From: Naegleria gruberi
Lineage: Eukaryota
Strand: one strand, 5' to 3'
NCBI GenBank assembly: GCA_000004985.1
Contig: GG738848.1
Length of the DNA: 64,000 nucleotides
In this document: in pieces, positions 55,678 through 64,000 of the stretch
Position numbering within the stretch: position 1 is the first letter of the stretch
How the letters are laid out: every line of letters begins with the position of its first letter
The notes under the pieces: generated by a model
Told to the model about the DNA's origin: nothing
The model's input: only the letters and a program-made list of their open reading frames with translations
Databases searched by the model: none
Program-made: the position numbers and the translations under genes

Positions 55678-57405
55678 TTAATAATTAAAATCAAAGGGAG
55701 GAACATCATCAAGATGATGACGAGGATTATCAGTCGAACAACAAATAATAGGAAGGAGAGCTTCAAATAGGCTTTCATCTTCATGCATCCAAGCTGGTAA
55801 TAACATTGAATCATCAACCTTCCTATCTTCCTCTTCTTCATCAAATAGGGAAATATTATGGTGTTTCAAGTAATCTTCAAACACCTGACAATCATCCAAA
55901 TGTTCATAAGGTTCCCAAGTCTCATCTGGATAACCCAACCATTGAATATGATACAAGTAGGATTTTCTAGATTGATCACTTCCCTTGAATACTTTTTCAT
56001 GGTCAACAATAACCTTGATGGTATATTCCTCTGTGGTTGGTTTGGGTTCATACTGTTGATATTCCTCTTCATCACTTTCCTCTTGTTTATCATCACCACA
56101 TTCATTGAAGAGGGCATAATTTCTCTTGATAGGTTTTCTCTTCTCTGTGAGGATTAAACTCTGGTCAAGGCAATCATCACCAAGCTTCTTCTTCATTCTC
56201 TGGCTTTGATAGTAGGGATGGTCAGCTTTGAAAGCATTGAGTGCTTGCCTTTGTCCCATTCCACAATAGACCTTGCTGTGTTTGAAATGTGAACGATGAG
56301 CAAAAAAGATGAAGGAAAATCTCTTCTGTTCATAATCATTGGAAGGCTCTTTGGATGATTGAACTGGGTTGTCTCCATCAGTGGGTTCTTGCTTTGGACA
56401 AGTATTGATAAGAGTTGGAGTATTATCATCAGCTTGAGGATTATTCAATGTTGGAGAAGAATTTTCACAAATTTTCACATCATCAACTTCAGTTTGGGAA
56501 GAATTGGCAAGTGGAAAACTTTGAGGACGAGTTGGAGAAACAGCATGACGATACTTGTTAGCTCTCAGCAAGACAACATCACCTGCTTGAATGTGGACAA
56601 GTGTTTTTGGAGTATGTTCATTCACTCGAATCAATTGAAGGGATCCACCTCCAAATTTTCCCATATAGAACATGGCAGAGATTCCCATATCATTTCTGTC
56701 ACGATGATTTGTCTTTGGACGATTGACTTTATCTGTAGACTTATATGAGCCTTGGAATTTCTCCTTGACTGATTCATTTCTTGTTGGAATCATGTTGAAA
56801 CATACAACTGGAGTTTGACCTCTTTCTGTCAATTTGGATAATTTAGCAAATAGTTTGGGATTTGCCAATTCCAAAATATGTTGAAAGGTATCATGTAAGA
56901 GAGCTTGTATCTGTTTCACTTTGGTATCAACTAGCTCAAATCGAAAGCTATCAGCACATTTGTATCCCATTGGCATATTCATTGTCCACCATCCAGAAAA
57001 GAAACTTCCCTTATCAATATCCTTTTCAGTAGCTAACCATTCACTCATCTCCCTACAAAGTTGAGTGCATTCTTCCAATAGACTTGGAGGCAATACTGAT
57101 TTCAACAAGGCCATTTCAACCATTCCTTCTTTTGTGACGATAATAGTATTTGAGGAGATTTCTTTTGGAATGGTATCATTTACACCATATACTGATAGAA
57201 TGGGTTCATTGGATTGAATATTATTTCCTTTAAGGAATTCCCATTCTTTTATCATTTTGTAAACTCTAGTTTTACCAGATTCATCTATGCTTTTCTCATT
57301 TTCCCAACACACTCTTGTTAAGGCTTGAGCTTTCAAAAATTGTTTCTTTCGTCTTCTGTGTTTGGGTTTCTTCTTGTCGTGCTGAGATACATGCAGTGGA
57401 CCCAT
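55678..57405 (-). CDS. TET/JBP-family 2OG-Fe(II) dioxygenase (Naegleria Tet-like) fused to a C-terminal chromodomain
   Basis: HxD motif in KTNHRDRNDMGISAMFYMGKFGGGSLQL; distal His in GDVVLLRANKYRHAV; 2OG-binding Arg strand RFSFIFFAHRSH. All three parallel my recollection of NgTet1 (KPHKDNLD..FYFGNF / GDVLFFKGNEYKHVV / RIGLVYFAH). The chromodomain is EEYTIKVIVDHEKVFKGSDQSRKSYLYHIQWLGYPDETWEPYEHL. Confidence 0.85.
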   Translation of the reverse strand: MGPLHVSQHDKKKPKHRRRKKQFLKAQALTRVCWENEKSIDESGKTRVYKMIKEWEFLKGNNIQSNEPILSVYGVNDTIPKEISSNTIIVTKEGMVEMALLKSVLPPSLLEECTQLCREMSEWLATEKDIDKGSFFSGWWTMNMPMGYKCADSFRFELVDTKVKQIQALLHDTFQHILELANPKLFAKLSKLTERGQTPVVCFNMIPTRNESVKEKFQGSYKSTDKVNRPKTNHRDRNDMGISAMFYMGKFGGGSLQLIRVNEHTPKTLVHIQAGDVVLLRANKYRHAVSPTRPQSFPLANSSQTEVDDVKICENSSPTLNNPQADDNTPTLINTCPKQEPTDGDNPVQSSKEPSNDYEQKRFSFIFFAHRSHFKHSKVYCGMGQRQALNAFKADHPYYQSQRMKKKLGDDCLDQSLILTEKRKPIKRNYALFNECGDDKQEESDEEEYQQYEPKPTTEEYTIKVIVDHEKVFKGSDQSRKSYLYHIQWLGYPDETWEPYEHLDDCQVFEDYLKHHNISLFDEEEEDRKVDDSMLLPAWMHEDESLFEALLPIICCSTDNPRHHLDDVPPFDFNY

Positions 57406-57619
57406 TTTTTGTGAGAAATTATTAAAACAACCATAAATCGTTTGAATTTATTACAATCTAATGTGAAAATCTGAGGATTCTCTTTGATTCTGAAATGAAA
57501 GAGTTGATGACGGTGAGCCGCGACTTGCAGTTGTCCTCAAATTTTTTGAATTGTTTATTTAAATAAATTAATTTTATGGAATAGTTAAGAAATTAAATAT
57601 TTAATTGTTTATAATAAAA

Positions 57620-58693
57620 TTATTGAACAGGAGTGGCAATATTTGTTGGATCCAATAAAGGAGCAGCACCAGGTATGGAGAAGAGTGGCTTGGCATAACT
57701 AAATGTAAGGAAGAAGAATAATGGGATTTGGAGAATTGCCACAATGAAAATGAAATAATTTCTTTTGGCTGTATTAGTATCCAACCTTAATCTCATACTA
57801 TTGTCTGAGGAGTGAACACTAGATCTTCTCAAAGATTTAATCATGAAAGTAACCATCATAATTCCAAGGATTAATAAAGAAGGATAATAGGCATAATTTC
57901 CAAATAATAATGACAATACTAGAGTGATGATAATGCCAATATACTTGTAGCCAGAGAATGCAGCAACATCAAGTACACCCAAGCTGCTTTGAACACCCAA
58001 GGCATAAAATCCAAATTTCACAATGGCAATTTCCAAAAGTGATGTTATAAATCCTTTCATTCCGATACTGTACAACAATTCAGGTTTAAATTCCTTGTGT
58101 GCTCCCATAATAAAACAAACCAATAATACATAGGTAATATATCCCATCAATGGAATATACAAATCAGGGTCACTTAAATGACGTTCTTGAGTTTGATTTT
58201 GGTTATTATTATTGTATTCATAGCTTGTATCAAACTTTTTAAATGGGAATAAAACAAGGAGTAATTTTCTGCTCACATAACTATTAGTAACATTAAAATA
58301 ACATTTAAGTCCATCAAACCATTGCCAATATCTACTAGTCACTTCATTAGTCTTTTCTCCTACACTTCCATATAATTGATTCACTCCCATGTTGATCATA
58401 AAATCAGCTGTTGGATTTTGAAAAAGATTAGCACCAGCTGATGTATTATTACCGAAAAATCCTCCAAATAAACCACCAAAACCTGGAGCATTCATTCCTT
58501 GATTATTCATCGAACCATCCATTGCTCCCGAAGAATTATCCATCATTTGTGGGGATGAAGCTCCTCCTATACTTCTCGAACTAAATCCAGAGTCAAAGAA
58601 ATCAAGAGATTGTTGTGGTGTTGGTGAGGTTGGATCGAAAGAGCTTGGAAAGCTTCCAACATCATCGAAAAGGGCACTTCTACGATCGTTCAT
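57620..58693 (-). CDS. YIF1: YIF1 (Yip1-interacting factor) family membrane protein
   Basis: Gly/Ser/Asn-rich N-terminus. The block WQWFDGLKCYFNVTNSYVSRKLLLVLFPF is followed by five hydrophobic segments, as in YIF1. Confidence 0.8.
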   Translation of the reverse strand: MNDRRSALFDDVGSFPSSFDPTSPTPQQSLDFFDSGFSSRSIGGASSPQMMDNSSGAMDGSMNNQGMNAPGFGGLFGGFFGNNTSAGANLFQNPTADFMINMGVNQLYGSVGEKTNEVTSRYWQWFDGLKCYFNVTNSYVSRKLLLVLFPFKKFDTSYEYNNNNQNQTQERHLSDPDLYIPLMGYITYVLLVCFIMGAHKEFKPELLYSIGMKGFITSLLEIAIVKFGFYALGVQSSLGVLDVAAFSGYKYIGIIITLVLSLLFGNYAYYPSLLILGIMMVTFMIKSLRRSSVHSSDNSMRLRLDTNTAKRNYFIFIVAILQIPLFFFLTFSYAKPLFSIPGAAPLLDPTNIATPVQ

Positions 58694-58875
58694 TTTTTTT
58701 AATTATTTAATTCTTATTGACACGTATTTGCTGTATCATCTCATTAACAAATAGAAAAAGAGTAAATAATGACAACGCTTTTGGTGCATTCTAACGAAAG
58801 CGATTTTGGAAAACGATGATTATAGATAATATAAAATGATTGAATATTGTTTATTCATTAATAAAATAAACACAA

Positions 58876-58949
58876 GCAGCGATAGATCAGTTGGTTAGAT
58901 CGTAAGCCTAACACGCTTAAGGTCGCGGGTTCAAGCCCCGCTCGCTGTA
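58876..58949 (+). tRNA. tRNA-Val (anticodon AAC)
   Basis: Acceptor stem gcagcga/tcgctgt with a G1:U72 wobble, D arm gatc-agttggtta-gatc, anticodon loop ctAACac, T arm gcggg-ttcaagc-cccgc. Confidence 0.85.
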
Positions 58950-59075
58950 TCCTTTTACTATTAAATGACATCATTGATCTTTTTAGAGTGAGAAAAAGAC
59001 TTAGATGCTATAGATGTGAAATAAGATCCATGCCATCTTTTAAGAATTGAACCTTTTGAGGTACAAGGATATAAT

Positions 59076-60215
59076 TTATTGGTATGAAAGTAAACCAAAT
59101 CTTTCGTTGTTGGTACTTGCATTTGAGCTTGCAAACATTTTGATAACCAAAGGAGGGATCAATAAAACTAGTGGAATAGACAGAGTACGGAAAAGATAAC
59201 CATTCAAGAATCCATTATTTACAGTCATATCCTTCAAACTATCACTACATTCTTCATGGAGAGTGGTTGCAACACAATCCTTAACACTTGAATATTTCTT
59301 TACAAATCCTGGTTGACCATTAACTTGTAATTTTCTAGAGACTGTATCAAATGGATACAGTAAGAAATAGATTAAACTCTTAAAGAGATAACTTCTGGCA
59401 ATAAACATGAGTTTACCCTTCAAGAATTCCTTTGGTTTACCAAGAGTTTCTGTCAATTGAGAGTAGAAATTCTTCATGCCTTGTTTTGTGACATCCTTCC
59501 AAGAACCAAAGAGTTTGCCCTTTTCTTGGACAACATTTTCCACATAGGCATTCAATAAATGAGTTGGTGTTGATACAAATACAGTTCTAAATAAGAAACC
59601 TCTATAGAAAGCATGTGAAATAATTGAAAAGAAACTTGCTTGTTCACCAGAGTTTTCCAATTCTTCCTTACTATCACTATACATTTGACGAATACAATCC
59701 AATAACCCTTTGAATTGGAATGTTTGTCCACCAATAAATTTACCATCCTCTGATCTATCAGCCATATAAACAATTTCAATTAAATCCAAAGGATACATGA
59801 CAATATCTGTCAAGATTGAACTGATAGCAATCTTTAAATTATCATTTGAAACTCTTGTCAAGACATGTTTTTGCAAAATGTGTTGAACGGCAAGAGATGG
59901 AATATTCTTCACCAATGTATAAACCAAAGTCTTCCACAATGAAAACAATCCATCATCGGCAGCAATCAATGTTGGTGCACTAAACTTTTCATGGAAATAA
60001 TTCAATTTATCGTGTTCGGGAATTTTAGAACATGATTGAGTTTGCAGAATAATTTGTGTTCGATAAAGTGGATGGATCATGAGTTGTGTTGCTGCTTTAG
60101 CACTCCATGATGGAAGCAGAGCATTCCTGGCAAAGAATAAAACTCGATCACCGTATGATGATGATGGCGGAGATGGAATGATTGAATTTCCGCTTAGAAT
60201 ATCAGCCAGTGCCAT
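59076..60215 (-). CDS. Divergent mitochondrial carrier family (SLC25-like) protein
   Basis: The ORF starts at TTG 60272, and the first ATG is at 60215 after an A-run. Three degenerate carrier signatures are spaced at roughly 100-aa intervals: HPLYRTQIILQ, YPLDLIEIVYM and YPFDTVSRKLQ. Confidence 0.65.
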   Translation of the reverse strand: MALADILSGNSIIPSPPSSSYGDRVLFFARNALLPSWSAKAATQLMIHPLYRTQIILQTQSCSKIPEHDKLNYFHEKFSAPTLIAADDGLFSLWKTLVYTLVKNIPSLAVQHILQKHVLTRVSNDNLKIAISSILTDIVMYPLDLIEIVYMADRSEDGKFIGGQTFQFKGLLDCIRQMYSDSKEELENSGEQASFFSIISHAFYRGFLFRTVFVSTPTHLLNAYVENVVQEKGKLFGSWKDVTKQGMKNFYSQLTETLGKPKEFLKGKLMFIARSYLFKSLIYFLLYPFDTVSRKLQVNGQPGFVKKYSSVKDCVATTLHEECSDSLKDMTVNNGFLNGYLFRTLSIPLVLLIPPLVIKMFASSNASTNNERFGLLSYQ

Positions 60216-60353
60216 TTTTTTTGATTGTTTTTTAATTTTAGAAAGCAATTTGAAATTGGTTTTTAAATGCAATGATTCAATTTTGATTGGGTTTTAGTGA
60301 GCTGTTGAGAGGAGTGATTGATACATTTTCAAATTAATCAATTTATGGATGGA

Positions 60354-61412
60354 TTATTGAAGATAGGGTTTGATTATTTCATTGGTGATGGAAATGAATT
60401 CGTTTTGGAGTTGTTTGTTGAATGTGAGTGAGCTTGGTTGTGCAATATGACAATCGTGGAAGTATTGGCCAGATATTCCATTCACACTCGAGGAGCAGGC
60501 AAGGTGGAGAGTGTTTTGAGATCCTTGTTCTACATTTTTGAAGAATAACAATTCAATGAGAGAAAATACAATCTTGAAGACAAGTGGCATTTGATTTGAT
60601 GACATCAAGCCAGTTCTTATCGCACCTGGATGGCAACAATTGATTGTAATATTGGCATGTTTTGATTTGCTAATTCTTTCTTCATGAAAATGGAAAGTTT
60701 GATAAATATTGCACAGCTTAGAGAGACCGTACTGCTTGTTAACCTCAAATGAAGAAAGAAGTTTTGGAAGGAAGTTAATTCTTGGTTTTCCGTTTACATA
60801 TTGCTTCATTGAATGGGTTTTTGTGGAGGATTGATAAAAATCATTCTCACTCACAAATTGATGAGCGTTGGAGGCAACAACGACAATTCTAGATCCATTT
60901 GGATTGTTTTCCATATTGCTCCACAACAGTTCAATTAACAAATGGTGAGCAATAGCATTCGAGAATACCATCTCCTCACATTCATATTTTGAATTGTATT
61001 TAATGTCACCAGAGAGGGATCCAGCATTATTAATTAAAACATCAACATGATCAACTTTTTTCAAAATTTCCACAGAGCAATCCTTAACACTTTCCAAATC
61101 ATCCAAATTCAACTTGACAAACTCAAGAGTTCCACAATTTTTAACATTTTTGCATTCGTTGAGAATGTCTCTAATCATTTGTTTGGTCTTTTCCTCGTTT
61201 CTACAGGCCAAAATTACGCGAGCTTGTTTTTTAAATAATTCTATTGCTGTAAATCGTCCAATACCATTAGAGGCACCTGTTATTACAATATTCTTGTTTT
61301 TCAAATTTTGAGGAAGAAATTCCGAAGGTGTTCTTGGTCCATTCACTACATAAATTCGGAGTAAAATATAACCAACAATAATGATGGCACCAACAAGGAG
61401 CAGTGTAAGCAT
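60354..61412 (-). CDS. Short-chain dehydrogenase/reductase (retinol dehydrogenase-like) with N-terminal membrane anchor
   Basis: Cofactor-binding motif VITGASNGIGRFTA; NNAG; catalytic YGLSK (YxxxK). The N-terminal hydrophobic helix is MLTLLLVGAIIIVGYILL. Confidence 0.88.
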   Translation of the reverse strand: MLTLLLVGAIIIVGYILLRIYVVNGPRTPSEFLPQNLKNKNIVITGASNGIGRFTAIELFKKQARVILACRNEEKTKQMIRDILNECKNVKNCGTLEFVKLNLDDLESVKDCSVEILKKVDHVDVLINNAGSLSGDIKYNSKYECEEMVFSNAIAHHLLIELLWSNMENNPNGSRIVVVASNAHQFVSENDFYQSSTKTHSMKQYVNGKPRINFLPKLLSSFEVNKQYGLSKLCNIYQTFHFHEERISKSKHANITINCCHPGAIRTGLMSSNQMPLVFKIVFSLIELLFFKNVEQGSQNTLHLACSSSVNGISGQYFHDCHIAQPSSLTFNKQLQNEFISITNEIIKPYLQ

Positions 61413-61460
61413 TTTTTTAGATTAATTGTAAAGTTGTCAACCAAGATGTTAATGTGAAAA

Positions 61461-62341
61461 TTATTGTTGATGACTTCCGAAGAGAGATTGTGCTCTGGTG
61501 AGTGTCTTGCTCCAAAATAAATTTCTTAATAAACTTCCTTGATTGTCTGATGAAGTGGAAGATGAATCACTTGTCTTGACTGTTGAATTTTTGTCTACAT
61601 TATGATTAGATGCAGTATCAGAAGGAGTTGCAGTAGATTCAGAAGGAGTGACATATTCTTGGCTACTTTCATATTTTGAAAGAATTTTCAATAATTGTTG
61701 AGTTGATTTTGGAGAAATCTTATTTGGAAATTGAATATTGAAATAAATGACCAAATCCCCAAATGTTTCATCCTCTGTTGGCATTCCTTCTCCTTTAACA
61801 CTTTTCAAATGAATTAGAATATTCCTTCATATGAAATCTCTTAAACTTACACATGAAAATAATCTGGAGTAATTAAATTTTGACTATTATCAATTCTAAC
61901 ATCCAACTTTTTCACACCAAATAAATCAATTTGAAAAGAAACCAATTCACTTGTCAATGCTTCTTTCAGAGTAAGAGTATGAACATATTTCAAATGCTCC
62001 TGATCAGGTCCAACTCTCTCCAATTTTAAATCCTTTTCCTTCACTGGTTCCACAATTACAACCAAATCACCAGTTGATGAATTTCTATCCTTTACCTGAT
62101 CATCAAATTCACCTTCTCCTTCAAAAACAATTCTTTTCCGATATTTAAATCCTCTGGGAATTTGTATTTCCCTCTCCACCAACATGGACATGGATTGTCC
62201 TTGAATTCTAACCTTCCGAATGAAGGTAATTAATTTGTTACAACCAAAATATAATTCCCTGAGAGTACATGGGAGAGAAACATAGATATCCAACACAGAA
62301 TTGGTTCGGAATATTGGTGATTCTTCTATTTTAAAATTCAT
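61461..62341 (-). CDS. DnaJ/Hsp40 C-terminal substrate-binding domain protein without a detectable J domain
   Basis: Exons 61851..62341 and 61461..61800. The intron 61801..61850 is 50 nt (GTAAGT..AAG), with phase 2 preserved. CTD motifs are LDIYVSLPCTLRELYFGCNKLITFIRK, GDLVVIVEPVKEKDLKLER, KGEGMP and FGDLVIYFNIQFP. The ATG at 62341 lies only about 155-210 bp downstream of the neighbouring gene's stop codon, leaving no room for a J-domain exon. Confidence 0.7.
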
Positions 62342-62497
62342 AATATTGAATCTTTCTAAAAACAAGTATTTAATGTTTTGGCAATTTTTTTCAATTTTAA
62401 TAATTAATTTTAATAATTTAATCAATTATAATATCAATTAAGAAGTTCTTGAAGGGTTTATCGCGGATATCTAAAAACTCTATTACTGAATCTAATC

Positions 62498-63177
62498 TCA
62501 ATCATTTTCCATCAACCACTTTAACAAGGTTTCCAAAACCTGAACGTATATCAGAAACTTACCTTAAATGGGTCAATCCAGCTTTCCTTTCTAGAAATAG
62601 TACAATAAAACAATTTCATTGACCTTTCCAATTCTGGGTTGTTAAAACGATCTCCCAAGTTCTCCTCAATTTCCAATACTTTCTCTAAATTTCCAACTTG
62701 TCCATCCTTTAATTTATCGCAATGAGTTCCTAAGATAACTATTGGAACATTTTTCACTTGCTCAATTTCCATAATTTCTTTTAAGGTTTCCTTTGCTTCC
62801 TCAAACCTATTTGTGTCTGCACAATCAACACAATAAACAATTCCACTCAAAACATTTGAATGCAAATCAGTAAGGTTATTTTTCCATTCTTTTTTTCCAC
62901 AGGTATATCCACCATAATCATAAAGATGCTTAATTCGGACATGTTCAGTTTCGATCTGTGCTTGTTCTGCATTAATCATTTTCAATAAATTTGTTTTATC
63001 ATATTCGGAATCAATTAACAATTAATTATAGAAAATTTAAGAAACTCTACCATAAACAATAGTTGGAGGATGGACAGAAATTCTGTTATTGAGCAGATAG
63101 CCAAAGATTGTTGATTTTCCTGAATTCGTTGGTCCGAGGAGGATAACATGATCGAGAAAGGAATGAGAGAGACCCAT
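62498..63177 (-). CDS. Arf-like small GTPase with atypical G4 motif; unusual introns
   Basis: ATG at 63177 gives MGLSHSF (Gly2). The P-loop is LLGPTNSGKST. Exon 1 is 63051..63177. An 84-nt intron, 62967..63050, has a non-consensus GTAGAG donor and a CAG acceptor. Using it restores Arf-like spacing (PPTIVY|EQAQIETEHVRIKHLYDYGG). Exon 2 is 62563..62966 and carries THCD in place of NKxD. A GTAAGT donor sits exactly at 62562, and a candidate 23-nt intron 62540..62562 would add VLETLLKWLMEND* (ending at 62498). Without that splice the CDS ends at 62551. Confidence 0.65.
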
Positions 63178-63398
63178 TTTTTTTAATGTTGTAAATAAGG
63201 TCCAACTGTTTACAATATATGATGTATTGAGATAGAGCTTATTCTCTAAAAGTATTCTTAGTGGTTTTTTGAATCGCCTGTTTGAACCAGATTTGTTTCT
63301 TCGTACAGGTAAGTATGAAGGACAAGTTGAAGGAGTGGCTATGAGGAAGGGCCTCAACCAGTTGTATTGTCCTAACAGTTAGAGATATTCATTTCAAA

Positions 63399-64000
63399 TT
63401 AATGAATAAAATCAAGAATAATGTCATCTAATCGTCTCATTTGTAAAGCTCCATGTAAATTATGTTTAAAATCATTATTTGGAATTACAAAAAGAGGTAA
63501 ATCAAACCTGTGAGTAATAAAACACTTTCTAGGTGAATTAGCTCCTATGGCTAAACAATTCAGTAATTCCTTCATATCAGAATCATGGGATGTATTCACA
63601 ATATGATATTCATATGTTCTATTTGGATAGCTGTTGTCTTGGTTATTTATCATTACTTTCAATGTCTCTGTAATGAGAGAATTGATGATTAGTGCACAGT
63701 CTTTCTTTAATCTATTCAATTCTTTACGAATATTTGGATCTGTATTTCCTTGATATTTAACACCCAATTTTATCCTTTCCTGGAAAACATCCGGGTGAGT
63801 AAATATCAAAATTATTCTATAGCAAGTAAATTTAGAAAGTCTTTTACATTCATTGAAATAGGTATTCAAATATTGAAGATTATCATAATCAGATAACGAA
63901 AATGAGACTGCAACCACATCAGCCCAAGTGTCACAAGAAAAACAATTTGCAAAAAGCTCAAAACTCAATTGATTGGTTTTGTAAGGATAATTGCTAGTTT
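63399..64000 (-). CDS. G-alpha-like protein, degenerate nucleotide-binding motifs; 5' part lies outside the window
   Basis: The frame stays open to the window edge. WADVVAVSFSLSDYD, RIILIFTHPDVFQERIK and YEYHIVNTSHDSD parallel the G-alpha blocks (KW..CF..V.AIIF...LSEYD, ILFLNKKDLFEEKI, H.TCATDT). However, DVGGQ and NKxD are not conserved. Confidence 0.55.
   Translation of the reverse strand, partial: TSNYPYKTNQLSFELFANCFSCDTWADVVAVSFSLSDYDNLQYLNTYFNECKRLSKFTCYRIILIFTHPDVFQERIKLGVKYQGNTDPNIRKELNRLKKDCALIINSLITETLKVMINNQDNSYPNRTYEYHIVNTSHDSDMKELLNCLAIGANSPRKCFITHRFDLPLFVIPNNDFKHNLHGALQMRRLDDIILDFIH

Noticed and set aside
58950-58975. CCTTTTACTA immediately after tRNA-Val, resembling the invariant U5 snRNA loop (CCUUUUACUAAAG)
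   Set aside because: No flanking stem can form, because the upstream sequence is the tRNA acceptor arm. No Sm site or 3' hairpin follows. It is most likely the Pol III T-run terminator by coincidence.
62342-62550. The Arf-like gene and the DnaJ_C gene being one fused gene
   Set aside because: All phase-compatible acceptors upstream of 62341 run into stop codons, for example AAA GAT TCA ATA TTA TGA. The A/T-rich spacer and the separate ATG support two genes.

Overview
AT-rich, gene-dense eukaryotic nuclear DNA: about 37 protein-coding genes in 64 kb, with short spliceosomal introns (GTAAGT/GTATGT...TAG/CAG, mostly 41-64 nt). It also carries 9 tRNA genes, a 5S rRNA gene and a U2 snRNA gene. 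I saw no transposons, CRISPR arrays or prokaryotic operon structure. The gene content points to a heterolobosean amoeboflagellate, probably Naegleria; this is inference and needs a database search. The pointers are a TET/JBP dioxygenase that closely resembles my recollection of Naegleria NgTet1, many F-box, RGS and GTPase-like genes, a hybrid histidine kinase and a PTEN-like formin. Several computed ORFs start at non-ATG codons, so I re-anchored starts to the first plausible ATG, which is almost always preceded by an A-run. I joined ORF fragments across introns only where the reading frame is preserved. The most unusual feature is inside the ankyrin / protein kinase / PARP gene at 37708..38367 (minus strand). 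What looks like one 660-nt AT-rich intron resolves into 14 consecutive intron-like units of 40-50 nt, each GT[AG]AGT...TAG. They are separated by 13 spacers of exactly 3 nt, all in phase 0. I know of no described precedent for this. Other notable items: the kinase-PARP fusion itself, a TET/JBP-chromodomain fusion, and three identical elongator tRNA-Met genes with mosaic shared flanks. There is also a shared AATG(T) motif just upstream of most tRNA genes, a divergent uL11 (RPL12)-like paralog, a signal-peptide RCC1-propeller/EGF protein and several degenerate GTPase-like genes. One of those GTPase-like genes has a candidate 23-nt intron.
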